Shown here: positions 1 to 8,711 of the stretch, in pieces
Position numbering within the stretch: position 1 is the first letter of the stretch
Layout of the letters: every line of letters begins with the position of its first letter
NCBI GenBank assembly: GCA_037381445.1
Contig: JARRQT010000032.1
Location: 1 to 23,130, forward strand
Direction: 5' to 3'
Source: Calditrichia bacterium
GTDB taxonomy: Bacteria > Calditrichota > Calditrichia > RBG-13-44-9
DNA length: 23,130 nucleotides
The notes under the pieces: model-generated
Told to the model about the DNA's origin: nothing
Seen by the model: only the letters and a program-made list of their open reading frames with translations
Database searches by the model: none
Program-made: the position numbers and the translations under genes

Positions 1-1418
1 AGAGTGACGCCAACTTTTCCCAAACCGTCCCGAACTTCATCCGCAAGATCAAAACGCTTTTCCTGGCGCATCCGGTTCCGAATGTCGATAGCAACCTGAA
101 TAATTTTTTCTACGGAGCCCGACATCTCACCCTTTACCTCCGCCATCAGGTCTTCGGGTATCAGGCCTAGTACCTCTCCGCCCAGTCTCTGATATTGTTC
201 GTCGATTTTCTCCAAAAATTCCCGCTGCAGCGGCTGCTCGGAATTAATGTAGGTATTGACTTCCCGCGACAGATCGAACAGCACGGCAATGGCACGGGGC
301 GTATTAAAATCGTCATTCATCATTTCCTCAAACCGGATTCGGAATTGATCCAAATTGAAGGGCGGCTGAAAATCGGAAAGCGCTCCTGCCTTTGGCAAGC
401 TGTTCCTGAGGTTTCGAATTGTGCCCAGCAGCCGTTCAATACCTTTCTGGGCCGCCTCCAGTGCCTCATCGCTGAAATCCAGGGCGCTGCGGTAATGACT
501 GCTCAGCACAAAATATCGCAGTGTTACCGGCGTGTATTTTTTGAGCGCATCTTTTATGGTGATGAAATTCCCCAGCGATTTTCCCATTTTGGTGCCGTCG
601 ACAGTCACCATATTATTATGCATCCAGTAGCGTACAAAAGGTTTGCCGGTGGCCGCTTCGGACTGGGCAATCTCGCACTCGTGATGCGGGAAAATATTTT
701 CTATCCCGCCGCCGTGTATATCGAATGTTTCACCGAGATATTTCATTGACATTGTTGAGCATTCAATATGCCATCCCGGATAACCTTCGCTCCAGGGGCT
801 TTTCCAGTTCATAAGATGGCCGGATTCAGCTTTCTTCCACAGGGCAAAATCGGCGGGATGCTTCTTCTCCGGATTGACTTCAACTCTCGCTCCGGCTTCC
901 ATTTCTTCCACATTCCGGCCGCTCAGTCTTCCGTATTCTTTGAATTTGGAGACATCGAAATAGACATTCCCGTTGACCTCGTAAGCGTACCCTTTCTCAA
1001 CAAGCGTCTGCACGACATCAATTTGCTCGGGTATGTGTCCGGTGGCCCTGGGAAAGATATTGGCACGGATCACGCCCAGTTTCTGCATGTCATCAAAATA
1101 ACTCCAGGTGTAGTGTTCGGCGATTTCCATGGGATCCAGTTTTTCGGCTCTGGCCTGCTTCTGAATTTTATCTTCCCCCTCATCGGCGTCATCGGTAAGA
1201 TGCCCCACATCGGTGATATTCTGCACATACTTCACCAGGTATCCCAGATACCTGAAATATCGAACAACCGCATCAAAACTGATATAGCTTTTGGCATGGC
1301 CGATATGAGGATGACCGTAAACGGTGGGACCGCACACATAGATATGCACCCGGTTGGGAACCAACGGAATAAACTCTTCTTTTTTCCGTGACAAGGTATT
1401 ATAAATTGTTAAAGACAT
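1..1418 (-). CDS. cysS: Cysteine--tRNA ligase (3' end truncated by window edge)
   Basis: Translated by hand from ATG at 1418 (GGAGG RBS at 1426-1430): [16 protein letters not shown]...[18 protein letters not shown] (HIGH motif)...DFALWK...[15 protein letters not shown]...[20 protein letters not shown]...KMGKSLGNF (KMSKS variant)...[18 protein letters not shown] at the window edge. Absent from the ORF track because the stop lies outside the window. Confidence 0.97.
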   Translation of the reverse strand, partial: MSLTIYNTLSRKKEEFIPLVPNRVHIYVCGPTVYGHPHIGHAKSYISFDAVVRYFRYLGYLVKYVQNITDVGHLTDDADEGEDKIQKQARAEKLDPMEIAEHYTWSYFDDMQKLGVIRANIFPRATGHIPEQIDVVQTLVEKGYAYEVNGNVYFDVSKFKEYGRLSGRNVEEMEAGARVEVNPEKKHPADFALWKKAESGHLMNWKSPWSEGYPGWHIECSTMSMKYLGETFDIHGGGIENIFPHHECEIAQSEAATGKPFVRYWMHNNMVTVDGTKMGKSLGNFITIKDALKKYTPVTLRYFVLSSHYRSALDFSDEALEAAQKGIERLLGTIRNLRNSLPKAGALSDFQPPFNLDQFRIRFEEMMNDDFNTPRAIAVLFDLSREVNTYINSEQPLQREFLEKIDEQYQRLGGEVLGLIPEDLMAEVKGEMSGSVEKIIQVAIDIRNRMRQEKRFDLADEVRDGLGKVGVT

Positions 1419-1448
1419 TCAATTTCCTCCGCTGATTTTCAGATGGTA

Positions 1449-1478
1449 AAGATAAAAATAAACGCCACTGTTTAGCAA
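1449..1478 (-). promoter_or_regulatory. Putative sigma70-type promoter for cysS
   Basis: Minus strand reads TTGCTA-N18-TATCTT about 30 nt upstream of the cysS start. Confidence 0.4.
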
Positions 1479-1762
1479 GGGAATATTCCACAGGTGAATT
1501 TGACTTGAATGATCCTTTTCGTTCCTGATTTATTAACCTGAGATGAAAAAATCATCGACTGAACTTACAATTTGCAGGCCCATTCTGAGCACAACTTTTT
1601 AAAACATAGATTTTTATCCGAATGCGGAGGAAGTCTCTTTACTACAAATCTGGTCCATTTTGAACTATTTCAGGGAAAGATAATACAATAAATGGATTTG
1701 TCAGAAGGGGAAATCTTGGCAAATAACGGGAATTTCAATTACTAAAATCTCAGAGGATAACG

Positions 1763-2008
1763 ATGGCCGAACAGGATTCTAAAATTAAGGAATACTACGA
1801 GACGTTGTCGCAGAATGCTTTACGGGGCGATACGTATTTAATCAAATTCAGGGATGATAATATTGTGTACGAAGGTATTCCCATGCTGAGGTCAAGCCTT
1901 TCATCGGAAGATGATGAAACGCTTACCCTGGATGTGTTAAAACCGGAAGATAAAAAGGGCATCATCCATCGCTCCATCAGGGATATTGAACTTTTAAAAG
2001 AAAGGTAA
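1763..2008 (+). CDS. Small hypothetical protein (81 aa), possibly Sm/LSm-like beta-barrel
   Basis: AGAGGA RBS just upstream of the ATG, protein-like acidic composition, and it occupies an otherwise empty intergenic region. The fold assignment is inference only. Confidence 0.75.
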   Translation: MAEQDSKIKEYYETLSQNALRGDTYLIKFRDDNIVYEGIPMLRSSLSSEDDETLTLDVLKPEDKKGIIHRSIRDIELLKER

Positions 2009-2210
2009 TCTCAGGAAGATTGAATTCACCAGTGAATCAACCTCCAAAGAGTGAATATGGCATTTTAACTTCGCTTGTAATATAAAAATCATGGGCGACT
2101 GGTGCGTAAGAAACCACCCTGTTCTCTCAGGCAAAAAGCAGTACAGCAGGCTGACAATTCTTTTTACAATTTGGGTTGAATTCGCAGGCATATAAAATTA
2201 AATTTATTCA

Positions 2211-2345
2211 GATCTTCGGGGCAAGGTGACTCCGGTTGAACCGGGGAATTCCTGACCGGCGGTGAAAGCCCGCGAGTCTTCCGGCAGGGAAGACAGAACC
2301 GGTGTAATTCCGGTGCCGACGGTAAAGTCCGGATGAGAGAAGATC
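2211..2345 (+). ncRNA. FMN riboswitch (RFN element) aptamer
   Basis: P1 GATCTTC (2211-2217) pairs with GAAGATC (2339-2345). Conserved blocks GGGGC, GACCGGCGGT-GAAAGCCCGCGA, CCGGTGTAATTCCGG, GCCGACGGTAAAGTCCGGATG are present. It lies directly upstream of ribD. Confidence 0.96.
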
Positions 2346-2383
2346 GAAGCGGATGAAACCATATTGATCATTTATTTTATTAT

Positions 2384-2413
2384 GCCCTGAAGACACAATT
2401 TCAGGGCTTTTTT
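2384..2413 (+). terminator. Riboswitch-controlled intrinsic terminator (attenuator) of the rib operon
   Basis: Stem GCCCTGAA (2384-2391)/TTCAGGGC (2400-2407) followed by T6. Its 5' arm TGCCCTGAAGA (2383-2393) can alternatively pair with TCTTCGGGGCA (2213-2223, 5' strand of P1), which gives an antiterminator. Confidence 0.9.
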
Positions 2414-2451
2414 ATTATGCCCCGGAACGGAAAATTGAAGCGGAGATTTTT

Positions 2452-3582
2452 TTGGACGACAGCTATTACATGAAGCGGGCACTGGAACTTGCAGCAAAAG
2501 GAAGCGGCTACACCTCCCCCAACCCGATGGTCGGTTCAGTTATCGTGAAGAACGGAAAAATTATTGGCGAAGGCTATCATCACCGTTATGGCGACAAGCA
2601 CGCCGAAGTGGTGGCGATTGAGAGCGCAGTCGAATCCGTGGAAGGCGCCACCCTTTACTGCAACCTGGAGCCCTGCTCCCACAATATTCCCGAAAAGAAA
2701 ACCCCTCCCTGCACCCTGCGCATTATGCAGGAAAAGATCGGTCGGGTGGTGATCGCCAACCGCGATCCCAATCCGTATGTTAACGGCAGCGGGATTCACA
2801 TGCTGGAACAGAAAGGCGTAAAGATCACAACCGGCGTACTGGAAAAGGAAGCGGCGCTGCTCAATGAAAAATATTTCAAATTTATCCGCACCGGTTTGCC
2901 TTTCGTGCATCTGAAAATTGCTCAGTCAATGGACGGGCGGATCGCCACATCCAATGGCAATTCTCGCTGGATCACCAATGGCAACGCTTTGCAGCGCGTT
3001 CATTGGATGCGCTCGGAATATGACGTCGTCCTGGTGGGAGTGAACACCGTCGTGAAGGATGATCCTTCGCTCACGGTGCGCCTGGTTCCGGGCCGCAATC
3101 CCTACCGGGTTGTGCTGGATGACAAACTGGTTATCCCGGAAAACTCAAAATTGATCAACGATGAATTTCAGCACAAAACTATCATCTTCACCGTGCAGTC
3201 CGCGGAACATCCCAGGGTCAGAGAATTACTGCAGCGCGAAATTCAGGTGATAACCATTGATCCTGACAGCCACGGGAGAGTCAATATTGCATCTGTTCTG
3301 GAACGGTTGGCCGAACTAAAAATCGCTTCGGTATTGGTGGAAGGCGGCGGTGAAATCTTTACCAGTTTCATCCGTGAAAGATTATTTGACAAGGTATCCA
3401 TCTTTATTGCTCCCATCCTTATCGGAAACGGAATCCAGAGCGTTGGCGACTTGGGAATACGCTCCCTTTCCGATGCCCTCCGGCTGGTAGATGTGAAAAC
3501 CGAGCTGATTGACCATCAGATACTGGTGGAAGGTTACCGGGAGAAATCGCAGGTCTTGAATGAAAAAGCGGAGACGCCCTGA
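2452..3582 (+). CDS. ribD: Bifunctional riboflavin biosynthesis deaminase/reductase RibD
   Basis: TSPNPMVG, HAE, and LEPC...TPPC Zn-deaminase motifs; reductase domain SMDGRIA...WIT...DDPSLT...VLVEGGG; TTG start with GGAG RBS. Confidence 0.96.
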   Translation: MDDSYYMKRALELAAKGSGYTSPNPMVGSVIVKNGKIIGEGYHHRYGDKHAEVVAIESAVESVEGATLYCNLEPCSHNIPEKKTPPCTLRIMQEKIGRVVIANRDPNPYVNGSGIHMLEQKGVKITTGVLEKEAALLNEKYFKFIRTGLPFVHLKIAQSMDGRIATSNGNSRWITNGNALQRVHWMRSEYDVVLVGVNTVVKDDPSLTVRLVPGRNPYRVVLDDKLVIPENSKLINDEFQHKTIIFTVQSAEHPRVRELLQREIQVITIDPDSHGRVNIASVLERLAELKIASVLVEGGGEIFTSFIRERLFDKVSIFIAPILIGNGIQSVGDLGIRSLSDALRLVDVKTELIDHQILVEGYREKSQVLNEKAETP

Positions 3583-4217
3583 TGTTTACCGGCATCATAG
3601 AAGAAATCGGTGAAGTCATCTCAATCCAAAAATTGGCCGATGGTTTCAGAATGACGATTTCCGGCAATACAGTCATGGACGATCTGAAGATTGACGACTC
3701 AATCTGCATCGACGGTGCCTGCCAGACCATCGTAACGCTGGGCGACAGCAATTTTACAGTTGAAGCAGTGGGCGAAACAATTGAAAAAACCACCCTGGGA
3801 AATTTCCGCAGCGGCAGGAAAGTAAATCTGGAACGGTCCGTTACGCTGCAGACCCGCCTGGGAGGACACCTTGTCCAGGGGCATGTGAACGGCACCGGAC
3901 GGATCACGCAATGGCACCCCAGGGGCGAGAATTACTATCTGGAAATCGAATTATCGTCAGATCTGCTCAAATACTGCGTAAGGGAAGGTTCCATCGCCAT
4001 TGACGGGATCAGTCTCACCATCGCCAAACTGTTACCCAACGGGGCGGGAATCAGCATTATTCCCCATACCGTTAAACATACAACCTTGCACGATAGAAAA
4101 ACCGGGGACCGGGTGAATATCGAAACCGACATCATCTCCCGTTATGTGGAGCGCTTGATGCAAAATCCGCAGGCTGGCGCTATCACCATCGATAAATTAA
4201 AACAATGGGGCTATTGA
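3582..4217 (+). CDS. ribE: Riboflavin synthase (alpha subunit)
   Basis: N-terminal [56 protein letters not shown]; start overlaps the ribD stop (TGATG). Confidence 0.96.
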   Translation: MFTGIIEEIGEVISIQKLADGFRMTISGNTVMDDLKIDDSICIDGACQTIVTLGDSNFTVEAVGETIEKTTLGNFRSGRKVNLERSVTLQTRLGGHLVQGHVNGTGRITQWHPRGENYYLEIELSSDLLKYCVREGSIAIDGISLTIAKLLPNGAGISIIPHTVKHTTLHDRKTGDRVNIETDIISRYVERLMQNPQAGAITIDKLKQWGY

Positions 4218-4233
4218 ATTCAGGAGTAAATAG

Positions 4234-5460
4234 ATGGTAGAAAAAATCATTTCAAATATTGAAGCGGCTTTGCAGGACCTCCGCGAAGGAAAAATTCTGA
4301 TTGTGGTGGATGATGAAGATCGCGAAAACGAAGGCGATTTTATTATGGCGGCGGAAAAAGTCACGCCGGAAGCCATCAATTTCATGGCCAAATACGGTCG
4401 GGGCATCATCTGCCTCTCCATTACGGAAGAGCGGGCCAAAGAACTGGAACTGGAATACATGGTCAATCAGAATACCGCCCTCCACGGCACCGCCTTTACG
4501 GTCACCATCGACGCCGTGCACGGGACAACGACCGGCGTGTCCGCCCACGACCGCGCTTTGACCATAAAGACCGCCATCGATCCTCACACTCGTCCCGAGG
4601 ACCTTGGGCGGCCGGGGCATATATTTCCATTGATCGCCAAACCGGGCGGGGTTTTGCGCCGTGCCGGCCACACCGAAGCGGTCATTGATCTCGCCCGCAG
4701 CGCGGGACTGAAGCCGGCAGGCGTTCTCTGCGAGATCATGGATGAAGACGGCAGCATGGCGCAGATGCCCAGGCTGGAAGAGATTGCTGAAAAATATGAT
4801 CTTAAAATTGTCAGCATTGCCGACCTTATTGAATACCGGCGGCAGAAGGAAAAGCTGGTGCGCCGCGTAACCGAGGTGCATCTTCCCACTGCCTACGGCG
4901 ATTTTAAACTGGTTTTGTATGAAAACGTGATGGAGCCGAAGGAAAATCATTTGGCATTGATCAAAGGGGATATCGCGAACGGTGAGCCGGTGCTGGTGCG
5001 CGTGCATTCCGAGTGCCTGACCGGCGACACGCTGGGATCAATGCGCTGCGATTGCGGCGATCAATTGCATTTTGCCATGCAGAAAATAGAAGAAGAGGGA
5101 CGCGGCGCCCTGCTCTACATGCGTCAGGAAGGCCGCGGCATCGGCCTGGCGAACAAGATTCTTGCCTATAAATTGCAGGAGGAGGGCAAAGACACGGTAG
5201 AAGCCAATGAAGAGCTGGGATTCAAGCCGGATTTGCGGGATTACGGTCTGGGCGCGCAGATGCTTCTGGATCTGGGAATAAAGAAAATCCGCCTCATGAC
5301 CAATAATCCGCGAAAAGTTGTCGGCCTGCAGGGTTACGGCCTGGAGATTGTGGAGCGGGTTCCCATACAAATTGACCCCAATTCCATCAATGAGAAGTAT
5401 CTGAAAACAAAGAAAGAAAAACTGGGACATTTATTAATTTTCGATCATCATAATCCCTGA
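4234..5460 (+). CDS. ribBA: Bifunctional DHBP synthase / GTP cyclohydrolase II
   Basis: RibB motifs [36 protein letters not shown]; RibA motifs [40 protein letters not shown]. Confidence 0.97.
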   Translation: MVEKIISNIEAALQDLREGKILIVVDDEDRENEGDFIMAAEKVTPEAINFMAKYGRGIICLSITEERAKELELEYMVNQNTALHGTAFTVTIDAVHGTTTGVSAHDRALTIKTAIDPHTRPEDLGRPGHIFPLIAKPGGVLRRAGHTEAVIDLARSAGLKPAGVLCEIMDEDGSMAQMPRLEEIAEKYDLKIVSIADLIEYRRQKEKLVRRVTEVHLPTAYGDFKLVLYENVMEPKENHLALIKGDIANGEPVLVRVHSECLTGDTLGSMRCDCGDQLHFAMQKIEEEGRGALLYMRQEGRGIGLANKILAYKLQEEGKDTVEANEELGFKPDLRDYGLGAQMLLDLGIKKIRLMTNNPRKVVGLQGYGLEIVERVPIQIDPNSINEKYLKTKKEKLGHLLIFDHHNP

Positions 5461-5644
5461 TAAAACACGGAAACAGGTACCTAATTTGGACTGAAATCTT
5501 CAATGGGAACATCAAGCAGACGGATCTTTTGAAACTGCTCCGCTTCAGAGGAATAGAATCACAAGATCCCAAAGTGCAGTACCTGAAAACGTACTTGTCC
5601 GGGCGGAATTCAAAAGTTAATTTAAAATGACAAAGGAGTGAGAT

Positions 5645-6112
5645 ATGCCAGAACATGTGCAGGGGATTTTATCGGCGGAAGGTCAGAAATTTGCCATCGT
5701 TGTCAGCCGCTTCAATGAATTTATTTCAAACAAGCTTTTAGAGGGCTCGCTGGATTGCCTTTACAGACATAAAACCGCTGAGTCCAACATTCGGATCTTT
5801 TGGGTGCCGGGTTCTTTCGAAATCCCATTGGTGGCCAGCAAATTAGCCAACAGCCATAATTATGATGCGGTTATCTGCGTGGGGGCTGTAATCCGCGGTG
5901 CCACACCCCATTTCGATTATGTGGCAGCCGAGGTTTCCAAAGGGATCGCCCAGACATCCCTGAAAAGCGGCGTGCCGGTTATATTCGGCATCGTTACATC
6001 CGATACCATCGAGCAGGCCATTGAGCGGGCCGGAACAAAAGCCGGCAATAAAGGCTGGGATGCGGCTTTGTCCGCTATTGAGATGGCCGATCTGATGAAA
6101 AAGATCGGATAA
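5645..6112 (+). CDS. ribH: 6,7-dimethyl-8-ribityllumazine synthase
   Basis: [53 protein letters not shown]. Confidence 0.97.
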   Translation: MPEHVQGILSAEGQKFAIVVSRFNEFISNKLLEGSLDCLYRHKTAESNIRIFWVPGSFEIPLVASKLANSHNYDAVICVGAVIRGATPHFDYVAAEVSKGIAQTSLKSGVPVIFGIVTSDTIEQAIERAGTKAGNKGWDAALSAIEMADLMKKIG

Positions 6113-6167
6113 AGAGGCTATTCGTAATTACTGGTATTTTTTTGGAATCAAATTAACGGATTTTCAT

Positions 6168-8540
6168 ATGACGATATTCAAGCGCTGTAAATTTGCACCA
6201 CTTTTTTTGCTGATATTCACCTCAGCACTTTTTGCAGATGATTTTCATTGGGAGGTAACCACTACCGTAAATGATGCCCGGAATATTTTAATTTCGTCGG
6301 ACAGCATTTATGCTGCAACGAGCGGCGGTTTATTAATCTATAATATCAAAGATGACAGCTACAACATCTGGAATGCCCAGCAGGGGCTGACCGATCAAAA
6401 TTTTACCGCCATAACCAATTCCGGCAGTAACCTTATCATTCTGGGCACCCAGAACGGAGTTGTGGGTTTTTATAATAAAAAGGAAGAATCATATCGGGAA
6501 GATTACAAATTGCAGGGCAATGAAATTATCTCAATGACCTGCGCGGAAGACACCCTCTGGATTGCCGGCAAAAATCTGGTGGCTGTCTATTTATTTGAGC
6601 CCAAAACCGGTCAATTTCAATTCAGGGATTTTTTCACCAATTTTAATCGGACTTTTGGCGCCTTCCGCAGAATCTTTTACTTTGATGACAAAATATGGGT
6701 GGCAAGCGATAACGGGTTGTTCTCCGCGCCGGGCAATTTTATTGCAAACAATTTAAAATCAGCCGACAACTGGACGATCACTACAACCGGTGACGGTCTG
6801 TCTTCAAATGACATTTATTCACTTGCCCAATTAAACGATACGCTTCTGGTAGGTACAGCGAGCGGTTTGTCAAAATTCGCAAATCAGACCTTTCAAAATT
6901 TCTCTGCCGGGCTCAATCCCGCCAAAATCGTAAATGTTCACATAAAGGATAATCGGATTTATGCGGACAACTCCCGTTCAATCTATCAGCTCAACGGCTC
7001 GCAATTCAGCAGGCTTTTCGGGGTCCGCAATTCAACTCTGAATGATTTTGCATTCGCGGATAACGGTAATATTTGGGGGGCGATAAAAGAAAAAGGACTG
7101 CGGAATTTTTCCACAGATCAGCGGATGTGGTTTAATGGTCCCATTGATAACAGCCTGGGCGAAAGCCTGCTGGATGATCAGGGAAATTTGTGGGTGGTTT
7201 CCGGCGGTTACCGGGATGAGCGCCAGCGGGGATTTTCAGTTCGATTAAACGATGGGAGTTGGAAAAACTATCGTCCGTTGCCGCCATGGAATACTGCTGC
7301 CTCCGCCCAGACGGTTATGCAGGATGCCGGAGGGAACATCTGGATCGGGTCCTGGAACGGCGGATTAACCATCATCGATCCTGACTTTAATCTGCATTTC
7401 ATAAATAATTTTACATCGCCCGGACCCATCTGGATATCTTCCCCCACAGAGGACGATACGACTACCTACGATCCGCCCGATTCCCTGCGCCACTTTTTGT
7501 CCTACACCATAAATGCCCCTGACCTGCTGGTTATCACGGACATTATGGCAGATCCTGCACGGCAGGATATTTGGCTGACCGCACTGGCAGTGCAAAGCGG
7601 CCAACCGATTATACAATATGATAATACCACTTTTAATACTGCTGATTTTGACACTGCCGCCTGGCATCAGTATGGAGAGAACCTCGACATCACCGACGCG
7701 CTGGTAACGAGCATTACCCACGACATTTTTGATGATATCTGGATAGGGACCGAGCGGGATGGCGTGGTGCAGATGAAATACGCCGGGCCCAATAACATTA
7801 CATATCGAAAGTTTACTGAATCGGATAATCTGAAGGACAAGGAATGCCTTTCCATCGCCGGAGACCAGGACGGCTATGTCTGGATGGGAACGCCGAGCGG
7901 TTTGAATGCCTATTTCAACGATTTTATCTATGATTTCCGCGAAGATTATCAGCCCATTGGTTTGAAGATCAATGCCATCTATGTTGACAACGAAAATAAT
8001 AAATGGTTTGCCACCGATAAGGGACTCAGCCTGCTTAAGGCCAGTGGATCGCCGTGGAGCAAAAGCAGCTGGATTCATTTTGTGCCCATGAATAGTGAAT
8101 TCTTTGGAGACAATATCTATCATACCAATTTGCCCAGCCCCGAGATTCGCAGTGTCTTTGTGGATGAAAAAACCGGCGATGTCTATGCGGGAACCACCGC
8201 AGGTCTGGCAGTGCTTCGCAGCAATCCGTTTACCACTCCCCTGCCCGATCTGGATAAAGTAAAGGCAGGTCCGGTACCTTTTCATACCGGCAGCGGTCTT
8301 AACAATTACTTCTTCATCCATAATCTGACTGCAAACAGCCAGGTAAAAATTCTGACAGCTACCGGTCGTTTGGTCCGTACTTTGGACAAGTCCAATTCTA
8401 GCGAGGTTTTTGGAAGTCTGGCAAAATGGGATGGCAGAAACCAAGAAGGGCGGCTGGTCGCCAGCGGTGTATACCTGTACCTGGTGACCGATGAAGCCGG
8501 ACATTCAACCTCCGGGAAATTGGTAGTAATCCGGGAATAA
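6168..8540 (+). CDS. Secreted beta-propeller protein with C-terminal FlgD-Ig/T9SS CTD-like domain (PorZ-like)
   Basis: Signal peptide MTIFKRCKFAPLFLLIFTSALFA. Many propeller repeats (IYAATSGGL, IWVASDNGL, GLSSNDI, DAGGNIWIG, DNENNKWFATDKGL). C-terminus VKILTATGRLVRTL...WDGRNQEGRLVASGVY...GKLVVIRE. Size and architecture match PorZ. Confidence 0.8.
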   Translation: MTIFKRCKFAPLFLLIFTSALFADDFHWEVTTTVNDARNILISSDSIYAATSGGLLIYNIKDDSYNIWNAQQGLTDQNFTAITNSGSNLIILGTQNGVVGFYNKKEESYREDYKLQGNEIISMTCAEDTLWIAGKNLVAVYLFEPKTGQFQFRDFFTNFNRTFGAFRRIFYFDDKIWVASDNGLFSAPGNFIANNLKSADNWTITTTGDGLSSNDIYSLAQLNDTLLVGTASGLSKFANQTFQNFSAGLNPAKIVNVHIKDNRIYADNSRSIYQLNGSQFSRLFGVRNSTLNDFAFADNGNIWGAIKEKGLRNFSTDQRMWFNGPIDNSLGESLLDDQGNLWVVSGGYRDERQRGFSVRLNDGSWKNYRPLPPWNTAASAQTVMQDAGGNIWIGSWNGGLTIIDPDFNLHFINNFTSPGPIWISSPTEDDTTTYDPPDSLRHFLSYTINAPDLLVITDIMADPARQDIWLTALAVQSGQPIIQYDNTTFNTADFDTAAWHQYGENLDITDALVTSITHDIFDDIWIGTERDGVVQMKYAGPNNITYRKFTESDNLKDKECLSIAGDQDGYVWMGTPSGLNAYFNDFIYDFREDYQPIGLKINAIYVDNENNKWFATDKGLSLLKASGSPWSKSSWIHFVPMNSEFFGDNIYHTNLPSPEIRSVFVDEKTGDVYAGTTAGLAVLRSNPFTTPLPDLDKVKAGPVPFHTGSGLNNYFFIHNLTANSQVKILTATGRLVRTLDKSNSSEVFGSLAKWDGRNQEGRLVASGVYLYLVTDEAGHSTSGKLVVIRE

Positions 8541-8653
8541 TTGCGGCTCGCCTTGATCTCTTCTTTTGCAATTTGCGGCACTGTTTTTCATAAGGTCAAT
8601 TTATTTTGTCACAGTGCCTTTCGGAATGCCGGATATATTCAGAAAAACAATCC

Positions 8654-8683
8654 TTGAAAAGATCATCCATCTTTCGTTAAATT
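8654..8683 (+). promoter_or_regulatory. Putative promoter for recN-murA
   Basis: TTGAAA-N18-TAAATT about 30 nt upstream of recN. Confidence 0.4.
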
Positions 8684-8711
8684 TCCCGGAATAAAAAATT
8701 ATGCAGTGCCT

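Noticed and set aside
195..1391. Plus-strand ORFs 195-749 and 768-1391
   Set aside because: They are antisense shadows of cysS, which is clearly encoded on the minus strand.
2020..2040. Inverted repeat TTGAATTCAC-CA-GTGAATCAA after the 81-aa ORF
   Set aside because: No U tract and a very short loop, so it cannot be called a terminator or operator from sequence alone.
2091..2155. Fragments resembling ZTP (GCGACTGG...ACCACC), glycine (CTCTCAGGCAAAA) or c-di-GMP-I riboswitch pieces upstream of the FMN aptamer, and a 34-codon ORF from 2091
   Set aside because: Only short isolated words match, the other required conserved blocks and helices are missing, and the ORF has no RBS.
7365..8504. 379-aa minus-strand ORF
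   Set aside because: Antisense to the PorZ-like gene, with no recognisable motifs.
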